Shown here: one piece after another, positions 29,138 through 38,788 of the stretch
Numbering within the stretch: the first letter of the stretch is position 1
How the letters are laid out: the number at the start of each line of letters is the position of its first letter
From: Candidatus Shapirobacteria bacterium
GTDB taxonomy: Bacteria; Patescibacteriota; Microgenomatia; UBA12405
DNA length: 64,000 nucleotides
Assembly: GCA_041658955.1 (NCBI GenBank)
Contig: JBAZZE010000002.1
Coordinates: forward strand, 12,505 to 76,504
Direction of reading: 5' to 3'
Notes under the pieces: generated by a model
Told to the model about the DNA's origin: nothing
Databases searched by the model: none
What the model saw: only the letters and a program-made list of their open reading frames with translations
Made by a program: the position numbers and the translations under genes

Positions 29138-29143
29138 TAAAAT
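29138..29143 (+). promoter_or_regulatory. -10 element TAAAAT
   Basis: 6 nt upstream of ATG 29150. Confidence 0.55.
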
Positions 29144-29149
29144 AGTGAC

Positions 29150-30049
29150 ATGAATAAGAAAGTGGTGGTGGTTACTGGAGCAACTGGGAATATCGGCAAG
29201 GTGATGGTAAAAAAACTAATCGATAAGGGTTATCTGGTTCGAGCATTACTTCGTAAAGAATCGGAAAAACGTTGGAAAAATGAAAAAAATATCGAGATAT
29301 TACGAGGCGATATTAATGATGTAAAAGTTCTTAAAAAATTATTTGAGGGTGCTTATGGAATTATTCACTTGGCGGTAGAAATGGACTCGGCTTTGCCATG
29401 GAAAACTTTTAAGGACGTTAATATAGATAGTGTAAAAACTATTCTAGAAATTGCGCCAAAAACTAGTCGCCTACTATTGGCTTCGAGCGTGGTGGTTTAT
29501 AAAGATACTGGTAAAGAAGCTCGGGACGAAACGTGGGATCTGAAAACTACTGGTGGAGTGGATAAATATATTCGATCAAAACTTTTGGCCCTGAAAATGA
29601 CTCGTAAATCGAAAAGAAAAGTAATTACGGTCATGCCTAGTACAGTCATTGACCATGAAATTTTTGGGAGAGAACAACTGGTGAGTAACAATCCTCTAAT
29701 AAAATGGTTGTGGAACAATGTGGGTGGTGGGATCCCGGGTGGCCTGATGGCGGCTGTGGGTGATCGGAGCCGGATAATGAATTTTGTGGAAGTAAAGGAT
29801 GTATCTGAAGGAATAATCCTCGCTTTAGAAAAAGGAAAAATGGGTGAAGAATACATTCTTTCCGGGGAAAGTCTTACCACTGGAGAATACCTTAAAGAAA
29901 TGTCTAAACGTTGTGGAAAAAGTTATCTAAAGATTCAAATACCCAAATTCTTTTTAAGATTATTTGGAATAGGACAAGTGGTGAATATGAATTTTTCGTA
30001 TAAAAAAGCCCAAAAAGAGTTAGGTTATACTCCTAAATGGAAACTATGA
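29150..30049 (+). CDS. NAD-dependent epimerase/dehydratase (extended SDR, HpnA/DFR-like)
   Basis: VTGATGNIG, IIHLA, YIRSK, NFVEVKDVSEG, GEEYILSG, KAQKELGY. Confidence 0.85.
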   Translation: MNKKVVVVTGATGNIGKVMVKKLIDKGYLVRALLRKESEKRWKNEKNIEILRGDINDVKVLKKLFEGAYGIIHLAVEMDSALPWKTFKDVNIDSVKTILEIAPKTSRLLLASSVVVYKDTGKEARDETWDLKTTGGVDKYIRSKLLALKMTRKSKRKVITVMPSTVIDHEIFGREQLVSNNPLIKWLWNNVGGGIPGGLMAAVGDRSRIMNFVEVKDVSEGIILALEKGKMGEEYILSGESLTTGEYLKEMSKRCGKSYLKIQIPKFFLRLFGIGQVVNMNFSYKKAQKELGYTPKWKL

Positions 30050-31020
30050 CCCGAGGTAAGAAAATATGTACGATAGGTGGTGGTTCAGGAATGCCGATAG
30101 TAAATAATGCTTTATTAAATGCTGGGTATAACCAAATCTGCTCTATCGTAACTACATTTGATAGTGGTGGCGATACTGGAAGAATGCGGACAGATGAGAG
30201 AGGAAAGATATTGGCTTTTTCTGATTATTGGCGCTCACTAATCTCATTGTGGGATGATTCAAAACAAAAAGAAGTGTGGCAAGAGATGCTCAGATTTCGC
30301 GATGGTAGAGAAAGAAATTTTGGAAATATATTTTTTCAATTTTTAGCTGAACGATCGGGAGGACTAAATTCAGTTGATGAATTGTTTTGTTCGCTAACTG
30401 GAGCTAAAATTTGTGGTCAAGTAATCCCAGTATCAAACGAGCCGGCGCATGTTTGTTTTGAAACACAATCGGGTAAACAATATGAAGGCGAACATTTTTT
30501 GGATCAACTGCGGATGTCGAGAGATCGGGTAAAAAATATATGGCTAAGTCCAGAGGTGGAAGCAAGTAAAGACGCTTGTAGAGCGATAGAAGAATCAGAA
30601 GCGATTATATTTTGTCCGGGGAGTATGTATGGTTCGTTACTGGTCAATTTGCTTATGCCGGGAATTAGAAAAAGCATTATTGCCTCGAGAGGTAAAAAAA
30701 TATTGATGACCAATATTATGTCGACAGCAAATGAGAATCATGGATTTGACACAACTAAGTACCAAGAACTTTTTGAAAAGTATTTGGGAAAGAAAAATAT
30801 TATTGATGTGATTCTGATGGCGGATATAAATGCTTTAAAAAAGGTTGATCTTAAGAAGGTGCTGGAATACTACGCAATGGAAAGCTCTTTTCCGATCACT
30901 AAAGGTAGTGGTACAGTCAGAGTGGTAGAAGATGATATTGCGACTATCGAGAAAAAGAATATGCGTCTACGACATAGCGAGATCAAACTGTCCACAAGTT
31001 TAAAAAATCTAATAGAATAA
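30046..31020 (+). CDS. YvcK/CofD (UPF0052) family protein
   Basis: IGGGSG, IVTTFDSGGDTG, NFGN, PGSMYGSL, LRH; start probably ATG 30046 (track 30037). Confidence 0.88.
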   Translation: MTRGKKICTIGGGSGMPIVNNALLNAGYNQICSIVTTFDSGGDTGRMRTDERGKILAFSDYWRSLISLWDDSKQKEVWQEMLRFRDGRERNFGNIFFQFLAERSGGLNSVDELFCSLTGAKICGQVIPVSNEPAHVCFETQSGKQYEGEHFLDQLRMSRDRVKNIWLSPEVEASKDACRAIEESEAIIFCPGSMYGSLLVNLLMPGIRKSIIASRGKKILMTNIMSTANENHGFDTTKYQELFEKYLGKKNIIDVILMADINALKKVDLKKVLEYYAMESSFPITKGSGTVRVVEDDIATIEKKNMRLRHSEIKLSTSLKNLIE

Positions 31021-31028
31021 TAGAATAT

Positions 31029-32747
31029 ATGTCTCAGAAAAGACTCAAAAAGATTCGAAAAATCCAACAAGAAGTAGAAAGTGTAAAGGTCGTGTCAATA
31101 CCTGAAGGTGAAAAGCTGAACATTATTAGAACTATAAAAGATAATTGGATATTTTTGGTGTTGATAACGGTGGCGATTATAGCGGTATTTGCCAATGGAA
31201 TGAATGCAGCTTTTGTGTCGGATGACTATGCGACGATTCTAAATAACCCTGATATAACAAAGTGGTCATATGCTTTTCAGGGTGGGGCGTCGACTTATTT
31301 TATAAATAGTATGGTCGCCAAGATGTTTGGGGTAGTGCCACTCCCCTTTCATTTGAATAGTTTGTTTTTGTACCTGATTACCTGTTATCTGGCTTTTGTG
31401 TTTGTACATCATTTATTTGGGCGAGGAGTGGCTTCAATTACTCTGTTTTTATTTGCAGTTCATCCAATCCATGTGGAAGCGGTGACCTGGATATCGGGTA
31501 AGCCATATCTACTGATTGCGATGTACGTATTGCTGTCGATGATTTGGTTTATAAAATTTATTGAAACTGAAAATATTTGGTATTTAGTCGGGACATTTCT
31601 ATCGTTTGTAATGGGGTTTTTGACCGACAATCCCCGTCCATTTTCTTTGTTCTTAATAATGCCTTTATACATGTGGCTCAAAGGAGTCGACATCCGAAAA
31701 AATAAATGGTGGAAGTATTGGCCACTGACACTGATTCCGATAGCCATAATCACGGTGATTGTGTGGCCACATATTATGATGCGGGTTGGGGTAGTTAATT
31801 CAGGTGTAAATACCTCAGATAGTTTGTTTTATAACCCATTTTTTCAATACCCCACCGGAATGGCCAAGTATTTACAATTGTTGTGGGCTCCAATTGATCT
31901 TACCTTGTACCACACGATGTATGTTTTCCCGGTATGGCTAAACTGGGCAATCCTACTGATGTACTTAACTTTGATTGGTTACTTTTCCTGGAAAGATAAG
32001 AGATATGCATTTGCTTTAATCTTTATTTTTGCGGCAATACTTCCTTCGATGATGCCAGTAAAGGTTAGCTGGTTGGTAGCAGAACGATATGCTTATCTTG
32101 GTTCACTAGGATTTTGTCTGTTTTTGGGATTAATTCTTCATGAAATGTCAACCAAAATTAAATGGGTGGCTGGCGGGCTAATGGTGGTGATACTAGTCTT
32201 ATCAAGTGTTAGATTAATGTTGCGAAATATTGACTGGACTACAAATCATAAGTTGTGGGTAAATACTTGCCAAGTTTCACCAAATTCTCATAATGCTTGG
32301 AACAATATCGGCGATGATTACGATAAACTGAAACAATACGATAATGCGGTAAAAGGTTTTTCTCAATCAACAGTAATCAAACCGAATTATGCCGATGCTT
32401 TTCATAATCGGGCCAATATCTTTTTTAAGATGGGTAGAAATGATCTGGCGCGACAAAGTTATAACACTGCTCTGTACTACAACCCAGGGTTATACCAGAC
32501 TTACCTAAGCCTGATTAATATTGATTTAATCGAAAGAGATTTGGATAGTGCCCTTAATCATGCTAAGACAGCCCTGCAAGTAAATCCAAACGATCCAACA
32601 ACTCACTACATTTTGGCAGTAGTCTTGTCGCAGAGAAATGAAAATCAACAAGCGATTGATGTACTCGAGAGATTGGTTAAAGCTTATCCCGGTTATCGAC
32701 AAGCACAAGAGGCTTTAGTTCAGCTAAAAGGAATGATTAAAAAATAA
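31029..32747 (+). CDS. TMTC-like GT-C transferase with C-terminal TPR repeats
   Basis: FVSDDY..I..NP, HPIHVEAVTWISG, AERYAYL, W...LW then TPRs (AWNNIG, AFHNRA). Confidence 0.82.
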   Translation: MSQKRLKKIRKIQQEVESVKVVSIPEGEKLNIIRTIKDNWIFLVLITVAIIAVFANGMNAAFVSDDYATILNNPDITKWSYAFQGGASTYFINSMVAKMFGVVPLPFHLNSLFLYLITCYLAFVFVHHLFGRGVASITLFLFAVHPIHVEAVTWISGKPYLLIAMYVLLSMIWFIKFIETENIWYLVGTFLSFVMGFLTDNPRPFSLFLIMPLYMWLKGVDIRKNKWWKYWPLTLIPIAIITVIVWPHIMMRVGVVNSGVNTSDSLFYNPFFQYPTGMAKYLQLLWAPIDLTLYHTMYVFPVWLNWAILLMYLTLIGYFSWKDKRYAFALIFIFAAILPSMMPVKVSWLVAERYAYLGSLGFCLFLGLILHEMSTKIKWVAGGLMVVILVLSSVRLMLRNIDWTTNHKLWVNTCQVSPNSHNAWNNIGDDYDKLKQYDNAVKGFSQSTVIKPNYADAFHNRANIFFKMGRNDLARQSYNTALYYNPGLYQTYLSLINIDLIERDLDSALNHAKTALQVNPNDPTTHYILAVVLSQRNENQQAIDVLERLVKAYPGYRQAQEALVQLKGMIKK

Positions 32748-34141
32748 TGAAAAGAATATTAGTCCTAAACCCACCTTCAAGTGATAAGACAATCAACCGT
32801 GATATGGCCGGAGGCCTCGGGTATAGCGCTGGAGCGGGAGTAGTTCTGCCGCCTATTGACCTACTGAATGTGGTGACTACCCTGAAGAAGAAAAACAAAG
32901 TCTATTTTGTGGATGCTATCGCTGAGAAGATTGATGAACTGTCGTATTTTGTGGATCTGATAAAAAGCAAAAAAATTGACATCGTTATTTCGGGATTGGC
33001 GCTACCAACTGTATCTGAGGATACTGAATTTGCTAAAAAATTAATGGATAATGTACCTGGATTACGGGTAATATTTAAGACTGGGATTAATTATAAACAA
33101 ATCCTCGAACGGGTACTCAAAGATTCGGGAGCAGAACTAATAATTTTTGGAGAGTGTGACCTAACTATAGAAGAATTTTTAAGCGGTAAGAGAAGAACCG
33201 GATGTGTTTACTGGAAAAACAATAAGGTCGAGTTGGCACCAATGACAATTGAGGATCGGATAAAAAACTTAGACGAACTTCCCCTGTCGGCTCGTGAGGA
33301 AACAAAAATTGATCGATATCGCTATGTACTGCTTCCGGGTGTGGTGACAACCATGCAAACAAGTCGGGGTTGTCCATATCCATGTGGATTTTATTGTCCC
33401 TATCCCCTAGTTCAGGGTAAGACTTGGCGAGCCATGAGTAATGAACGTGTCATTAAAGAATTGAAGGTTATCAGTAAGCTAGGAATCAAAAGTGTACTGT
33501 TTCGAGATGCTACGTTTACGCTGGATAACAAAAGAACTGAAGAGCTATGTAACCTGATAATTAAAAATAAGTTAAAGATTCGCTGGTGGTGTGAGACTCG
33601 GATAAATGTACTAACTCCGGATTTGTTGAAGATTATGAAAAAGGCGGGGTGCCTCGGTATTAACGTGGGCATTGAAACATTGGACCAGGAACTGATTATT
33701 TATCAGGGAAAGCCAGGAGTAACACTAGAGTCGATACAAAAAATAAGAGCGGTAGCTAAGGAAGTGGGAGTTAGACTGCATTTTCTAATGATCATCGGAC
33801 TGCCAGACGATAATTTGAAAACAATGTCCAATACCTTTGACTATCTAGTTCGACTTAATCCTGAGTCAGTTGGGTTTAGTACGATAACTCCGTACCCTGG
33901 GACAGAAATGTTTGCTGATGCGATGAAAGAAGGACTAATCCAAGACTTTGATTGGAATAAGTTCAATGGAAATATTAGCAATATGAGAACGAAGTATTTG
34001 TCATCTTTTGACATGATAATTCTTCGCAAGATGCTACTAGGAACAGCTTTCATTATGAAGCAACCTCCAATAATTTCGGTTCCGGCAGTAATAGTGATAA
34101 AAATAATTCTCAAGATATGGAAAACAGCCAGAAGAGAATAA
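32747..34141 (+). CDS. B12-binding-domain radical SAM protein (atypical CX3CX3C)
   Basis: About 200-aa N-terminal domain, TSRGCPYPCGFYC, FRDATF, GIET, TPYPGT. Confidence 0.88.
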   Translation: MKRILVLNPPSSDKTINRDMAGGLGYSAGAGVVLPPIDLLNVVTTLKKKNKVYFVDAIAEKIDELSYFVDLIKSKKIDIVISGLALPTVSEDTEFAKKLMDNVPGLRVIFKTGINYKQILERVLKDSGAELIIFGECDLTIEEFLSGKRRTGCVYWKNNKVELAPMTIEDRIKNLDELPLSAREETKIDRYRYVLLPGVVTTMQTSRGCPYPCGFYCPYPLVQGKTWRAMSNERVIKELKVISKLGIKSVLFRDATFTLDNKRTEELCNLIIKNKLKIRWWCETRINVLTPDLLKIMKKAGCLGINVGIETLDQELIIYQGKPGVTLESIQKIRAVAKEVGVRLHFLMIIGLPDDNLKTMSNTFDYLVRLNPESVGFSTITPYPGTEMFADAMKEGLIQDFDWNKFNGNISNMRTKYLSSFDMIILRKMLLGTAFIMKQPPIISVPAVIVIKIILKIWKTARRE

Positions 34142-34998
34142 GGTTTAGTATCATAATTCCGACTCTAAAAAGGCAAGAGATCTTAAAAGAGGCATTGGCA
34201 CTACTAAATAAGGAAATCGATAAAACCCGTGACGAAATCATAATTGTGGAAGGAAAAAATGGCCCATCAAAAGCCAGAAACGAGGCCATAAAAAAAGCTA
34301 AGGGGAAGTACCTACTGTTTTTAAATGATGATAGTTTTGTGGAGAAGGGGTTTATAAAATCACATATTGATTTTCATAATTTGCATAAGTCTGAATCGGC
34401 TGGAGTAGTGGGGCTGACCGAAAATCATCCGGAAACTGTAAAGATTCGGGCAATGAAATGGTTGGTGGGTCAAAGTGGGCTACACTTTAATTATCGATTT
34501 AAATATACTGATAAAATCCGTCAAATCCCCTGGTATTATTTGTGGACCTGTAATTTTTCGATGAAGAGAAGTTTTCTTATTAAAAATGAATTGTGGTTTT
34601 GTGAAGATTTTCCAACTGCGGCTTGGGAAGATATTGAGTTTGCTTTTCGGGCTAAACAAAGTGGATTAAAATTGTATTTTGATAGTCAAGCCAAGGTCTG
34701 GCATTTTCATCAACTAAAGTTTATTGATATAAAAAATCGATTCATAAGTCATGGTCGTGGTTTGTATTATTTGAAGTCAAAACTTCCAGTAAACTTTTTA
34801 CCATTTTTAGTAAAAAACAATATCGGAGGAATAATTATGTCAGTAATGGAATGGCGGATTATGAATCGAATTAGAAACATATTGGAATGGATTGTAAAAA
34901 CCACCGATAATTATCCAAATGTAATCATGCAATGGTTAGTAGTTAAATGGAAATCAGATGGCTATACCTTTGAATCTAAAAAAATGTCCGGTCTGTGA
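34117..34998 (+). CDS. GT2 glycosyltransferase
   Basis: FSIIIPT, GPSKARN, LFLNDD, TCNFS, WEDIEF. Confidence 0.9.
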   Translation: MENSQKRIRFSIIIPTLKRQEILKEALALLNKEIDKTRDEIIIVEGKNGPSKARNEAIKKAKGKYLLFLNDDSFVEKGFIKSHIDFHNLHKSESAGVVGLTENHPETVKIRAMKWLVGQSGLHFNYRFKYTDKIRQIPWYYLWTCNFSMKRSFLIKNELWFCEDFPTAAWEDIEFAFRAKQSGLKLYFDSQAKVWHFHQLKFIDIKNRFISHGRGLYYLKSKLPVNFLPFLVKNNIGGIIMSVMEWRIMNRIRNILEWIVKTTDNYPNVIMQWLVVKWKSDGYTFESKKMSGL

Positions 34999-35812
34999 GT
35001 CAGCAAATAATCTGGAATGGAGTGTAAATACTAATTATCTAGAGTGTTCGAAGTGCAAGTGTGTCTGGTTGGAAAAGAAGTCCAAAAGTACCTATGATAA
35101 GGATTATTATGATCGGGGAAGTAAGGGCTGGTTGATGAAAGTAGTCGACATCTTTTCTTTTTGGGACAGGTACCATACTTTGAATTTGTCCAAAAGTGAC
35201 AGAATTTTGGAGATAGGCTTTGGTGAGGGTAAATTCTTAAAAGAGCTAATGTCTAAGAAATATAATGTTGCCGGGGTAGAACAATCAGAATATGCCAGAG
35301 ATAAAATGAAAAAGATTCTTGGCTCTGAAAATGTTTTTGATGATATTGAAAAGGTTTCGGGAAAATTCGCGGTGGTAGTGATGTACCATGTGTTGGAACA
35401 TATTCAGGAACCAAAAGAATATCTTAAAAAGATAATGAGGATATTAATTCCGGGAGGGAGATTGATTGTGAGAGTCCCAAACGTAGATTCATTGGAGGCC
35501 AGACTGGCTGGGCCTAATTGGTATCACTTAGATTATCCGAATCATCAGATATTGTTTAGTGAAGCCGGACTTATCAAAATGTTTGAGGATGTGGGTTTTA
35601 AAGATATCAAGAGTCGTAACTATTTTGGAGAATACCGGCAAGTTTTGGGTTACTCGATACTGTCCAAGCTGGGACTTAGACTCAACAAATGGCAGTTGAT
35701 TATTTTTCAAATAATGACTATCCCAATACTTTGGATCTTTTCGGTCCTAGTGGTTCAACATGGAGTAATTGAGGTTGAGGGAAAAGTTGGTAATTCCAGT
35801 AATAATACATAA
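34958..35812 (+). CDS. class I SAM methyltransferase with N-terminal Zn-ribbon
   Basis: CPVC...CSKC, ILEIGFGEG, HVLEH, L.PGG, VPN. Confidence 0.88.
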   Translation: MAIPLNLKKCPVCESANNLEWSVNTNYLECSKCKCVWLEKKSKSTYDKDYYDRGSKGWLMKVVDIFSFWDRYHTLNLSKSDRILEIGFGEGKFLKELMSKKYNVAGVEQSEYARDKMKKILGSENVFDDIEKVSGKFAVVVMYHVLEHIQEPKEYLKKIMRILIPGGRLIVRVPNVDSLEARLAGPNWYHLDYPNHQILFSEAGLIKMFEDVGFKDIKSRNYFGEYRQVLGYSILSKLGLRLNKWQLIIFQIMTIPILWIFSVLVVQHGVIEVEGKVGNSSNNT

Positions 35813-37286
35813 GCCAGTAGGTGTGACGAGCGATTTCGATAAGAGGTCCACCAATAAATTCACTAAAGATACGCGAATAGTTACCTGAACTGATGTGACT
35901 GTTGATGCGATTAAGACAATTTTTGAGATAATATTTTTTGGTGATAAGGGAAGGATTAAAACGGGTGGAATGCCACTTAGATTGGTAACGGATAATATAT
36001 TTGATGTCGATAGTGTCATTAATTTTGGCTTTACCGGTTTGGGCGCGGATTAATTCACTCCAGTTGTTGTGAGCTGAGGTGCGCTGAAATTCATCGCTAC
36101 GCATGAAAGCGTCACCAAGGTAGGTTCCGGGGAGTGGAGAAAGCACTGAGGCCCAGACGATGTCTGGTTTGGAGCGAGCGATGAGGTTGTCGGTCATCAT
36201 AACGTCTTCAATGGTTTCGGTGGGCATGCCAATCATTAAATTGGCATTAGCTAAAATTCCGTACTGGTGACAAAGGTTGATAGCATATTCGTTTTGTTTG
36301 GCATCGGTCCCCTTGTTGATGACTTTGAGCATCCGGTCGGAACCAGATTCGATACCGAAACAAATCATTTTGCAACCACATTTTTTGACCATCTCCATTA
36401 CTTCGGGATTGATGTAATTGACACGGGAGTAACACCACCAATCGAAGTGGAGTTTTTCCTTGACAATAAGGCTACTAAATTCTTCCATCCATTTGCGATT
36501 GGCAGTCAGAGTATCGTCCCAGAAAATAATACTTTTAACGTGATATTTGTTGATAAGTTGTTTGATTTCCTTAATGACATTGGGAGCGGAGCGGAAACGG
36601 AAAGGTCGTCCAAAAAGTTTGTCGATGGTAGGTTGACACATGGTACACATAGCCGGACAGCCACGACTAACGAAGAGGTTGGCGTATGGGTAAGACATGG
36701 GAAAAAATAGATCATAGGCATGTTCAATGTAATGACCACTTTGGAGAATTTCCCGATCTGGAAATGGTAGAACATCAAGGTTTTTAATGAATTCCTGGGG
36801 AGGATTCATGATGATCTCTCCTTTCTTGTTTTTATAAGCAATTCCTTTGACTTTTGATAATGGTATTTTTTTATCAAAAGCATTGATTAGCTCAACGGCA
36901 GTTTTTTCGCCTTCGCCGTAGACTGCGGCTTCAATGTCGGGAATGGCGGCGGCTTCACGAGGTAAAACTGAAGGGTGGGGTCCGCCGATGATTAAGTGAG
37001 CTTTGGGGAGAATTTTTTTGACATCTTGAACTAGATTTTCGATCAGGTCAGCTTCGGTGGTAAGTTGAGAAAAGCCAATGTATTTGGGATTTAGTTTACG
37101 TAAAATTTTGGCGAGAGCTGACAGATCAGGGAGAAGTCGAAGATCTATCTGTTTGGTAGGAATGTGGTGGGAATTGAGGTAGGCAGAAATATTGGCGATG
37201 CCAAGTGGAGAAACATAATGGTGGTAGCGATCTTTGTGAGGAGGTGTATATTGACCAACAAAGATGAGGACCACTTTTGTTTTCAT
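35718..37286 (-). CDS. B12-binding-domain radical SAM protein
   Basis: PLGIANI, IGGPHPS, GEGE, SRGCPAMCTMC, FWDDT, GIESGS, PLPGT. Confidence 0.92.
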   Translation of the reverse strand: MKTKVVLIFVGQYTPPHKDRYHHYVSPLGIANISAYLNSHHIPTKQIDLRLLPDLSALAKILRKLNPKYIGFSQLTTEADLIENLVQDVKKILPKAHLIIGGPHPSVLPREAAAIPDIEAAVYGEGEKTAVELINAFDKKIPLSKVKGIAYKNKKGEIIMNPPQEFIKNLDVLPFPDREILQSGHYIEHAYDLFFPMSYPYANLFVSRGCPAMCTMCQPTIDKLFGRPFRFRSAPNVIKEIKQLINKYHVKSIIFWDDTLTANRKWMEEFSSLIVKEKLHFDWWCYSRVNYINPEVMEMVKKCGCKMICFGIESGSDRMLKVINKGTDAKQNEYAINLCHQYGILANANLMIGMPTETIEDVMMTDNLIARSKPDIVWASVLSPLPGTYLGDAFMRSDEFQRTSAHNNWSELIRAQTGKAKINDTIDIKYIIRYQSKWHSTRFNPSLITKKYYLKNCLNRINSHISSGNYSRIFSEFIGGPLIEIARHTYWLMYYYWNYQLFPQPQLLHVEPLGPKRSKVLG

Positions 37287-37293
37287 TTTAACT

Positions 37294-37333
37294 ATTATGA
37301 CAGCTGTAGGAGTTTGTGAAAAGATGGTAATAT
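37294..37333. promoter_or_regulatory. divergent extended -10 elements between two radical SAM genes
   Basis: TGtCATAAT (-, 37302-37294) 7 nt before ATG 37286; TGgTAATAT (+, 37325-37333) 6 nt before ATG 37340. Confidence 0.55.
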
Positions 37334-37339
37334 AATTCT

Positions 37340-38788
37340 ATGAAGTTGAAAAAACGAGTTCTGGTAGCCAATTCTGTAGGTAAAGATGATGATGGAAATC
37401 ATTACATCTTATTTCCTTCACGGTGGTCAACTTGTGTTGGCAAGACAAAGTCATTTAATTTTTATCCGTATGAACTAGGATATTTGTCTTCAATGCTAAA
37501 ACAGAATAAGGGTTTGGAAGTTAAAATGGTTGATGGAAATTACGAGGAACTGGATGCCGAGCAATATTTTGAAAAATATAAAAATTTTAAGCCAGATTTT
37601 TTGGTGGTTGAGACATCATCTGTCGTTTACAAATATGATCTTAGATTTGCCCTAAAGTTTAAGAGAAAATATGGAACTAAGATAATATTTTGTGGACAGC
37701 ATCCGACAGCCTTTCCAAAAGAAGTACTAGCTGATGGTGTTGATTTTGTGGCAACTGGAGAATATGAACCAGCGGTAGTCAAACTAGTAAGCGGTGGTAA
37801 GGCAGAATCAATTGATGGCATCTATCCAAACCCAGTCAAAGAGCTACTAGATGTACATACACTCCCCTTTCCTGAGGATGATGATATTAGTCGGATGAAC
37901 TACACCCGAATTGGTGGATGTGATTATAAAGAAATTGAGTTTTTCGCTACTCGTGGTTGTCCAATGAACTGTAACTTTTGTGTAGCCAGACAGACTTACT
38001 ATGGTAAGCCGAACTTTCGAGTCAGAGAAGTACAAAACGTGATTGATGAGATTAAATATCTCCGAAATAAATATCCGGAAATGGAGGGTATTTTTTTTGA
38101 TGAAGAAAATCATAATTCCAATAAAAAGTTTGTGATGGAGTTATGTCAGGCCATAATTGATAATGGACTGCAGGATCTGAAATACGATGCTATGTGTGGG
38201 TATTGGACTTTTGATGAAGAAATGCTGGCTATGATGCGAAAAGCTGGTTATTATAAAATCCGAATTGGTATAGAGACTGCATCTGTAAAAACAGCCCAAG
38301 GAATGGTTAAAAATGTGAATGTTGATAGGATCATTGAAGTACTAAAAATGGCTAAGAAAGTGGGGATGAGGATGTATGCTACCTTTACTTTTGGTTCGCC
38401 TGATTCGAATGTGGTGGAAGACGGTAAGACTTTGGACTTGATTGAAAAGTTAACTAAAGAAGGCTTACTGTGGGATTTCCAAGCTTCGGTGTGTACTCCC
38501 CAACCTGGGACACCTTTTTATAATCTGCTTAAAAGCCGGGGAAATCTGCTGACCGATGACTGGCGAAAATATAATGGCAATACGGCAGTCTACGAATACC
38601 CGGATTATAAAAAAAGAGAAATCGAGAGTAACTTACCAAAGGCCGCATGGCTCTACCTAAAGACTAGGGTGAGAAGAAGTGGTGTGGCGGGGACAGTAAT
38701 GGAGATTGTTAAGCGCGATGGCTGGAACTCGTTTGGAGTCAAGCTAGTAGCTTTTGGCAAAGCCTACTATCGAGCGATAACTGCCTGA
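37340..38788 (+). CDS. B12-binding-domain radical SAM protein (HpnJ-like)
   Basis: SRW, YPYELGY, CGQHPT, GEYE, RGCPMNCNFC, FFDEE, GIET, TPQPGT. Confidence 0.92.
   Translation: MKLKKRVLVANSVGKDDDGNHYILFPSRWSTCVGKTKSFNFYPYELGYLSSMLKQNKGLEVKMVDGNYEELDAEQYFEKYKNFKPDFLVVETSSVVYKYDLRFALKFKRKYGTKIIFCGQHPTAFPKEVLADGVDFVATGEYEPAVVKLVSGGKAESIDGIYPNPVKELLDVHTLPFPEDDDISRMNYTRIGGCDYKEIEFFATRGCPMNCNFCVARQTYYGKPNFRVREVQNVIDEIKYLRNKYPEMEGIFFDEENHNSNKKFVMELCQAIIDNGLQDLKYDAMCGYWTFDEEMLAMMRKAGYYKIRIGIETASVKTAQGMVKNVNVDRIIEVLKMAKKVGMRMYATFTFGSPDSNVVEDGKTLDLIEKLTKEGLLWDFQASVCTPQPGTPFYNLLKSRGNLLTDDWRKYNGNTAVYEYPDYKKREIESNLPKAAWLYLKTRVRRSGVAGTVMEIVKRDGWNSFGVKLVAFGKAYYRAITA

Noticed and set aside
29010-29149. tRNA, riboswitch (e.g. 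cobalamin) or terminator in the longest spacer
   Set aside because: No cloverleaf, B12 box or U-tract; the spacer is divergent and is explained by the repeat plus two -10 boxes
30046-31020. F420 biosynthesis (cofD)
   Set aside because: No cofC/E/G/H nearby and motifs fit the broader YvcK/UPF0052 family
29150-38788. Hopanoid biosynthesis cluster (HpnA-like SDR, HpnJ-like radical SAM)
   Set aside because: No squalene synthase, squalene-hopene cyclase or HpnH in the window; family resemblance only
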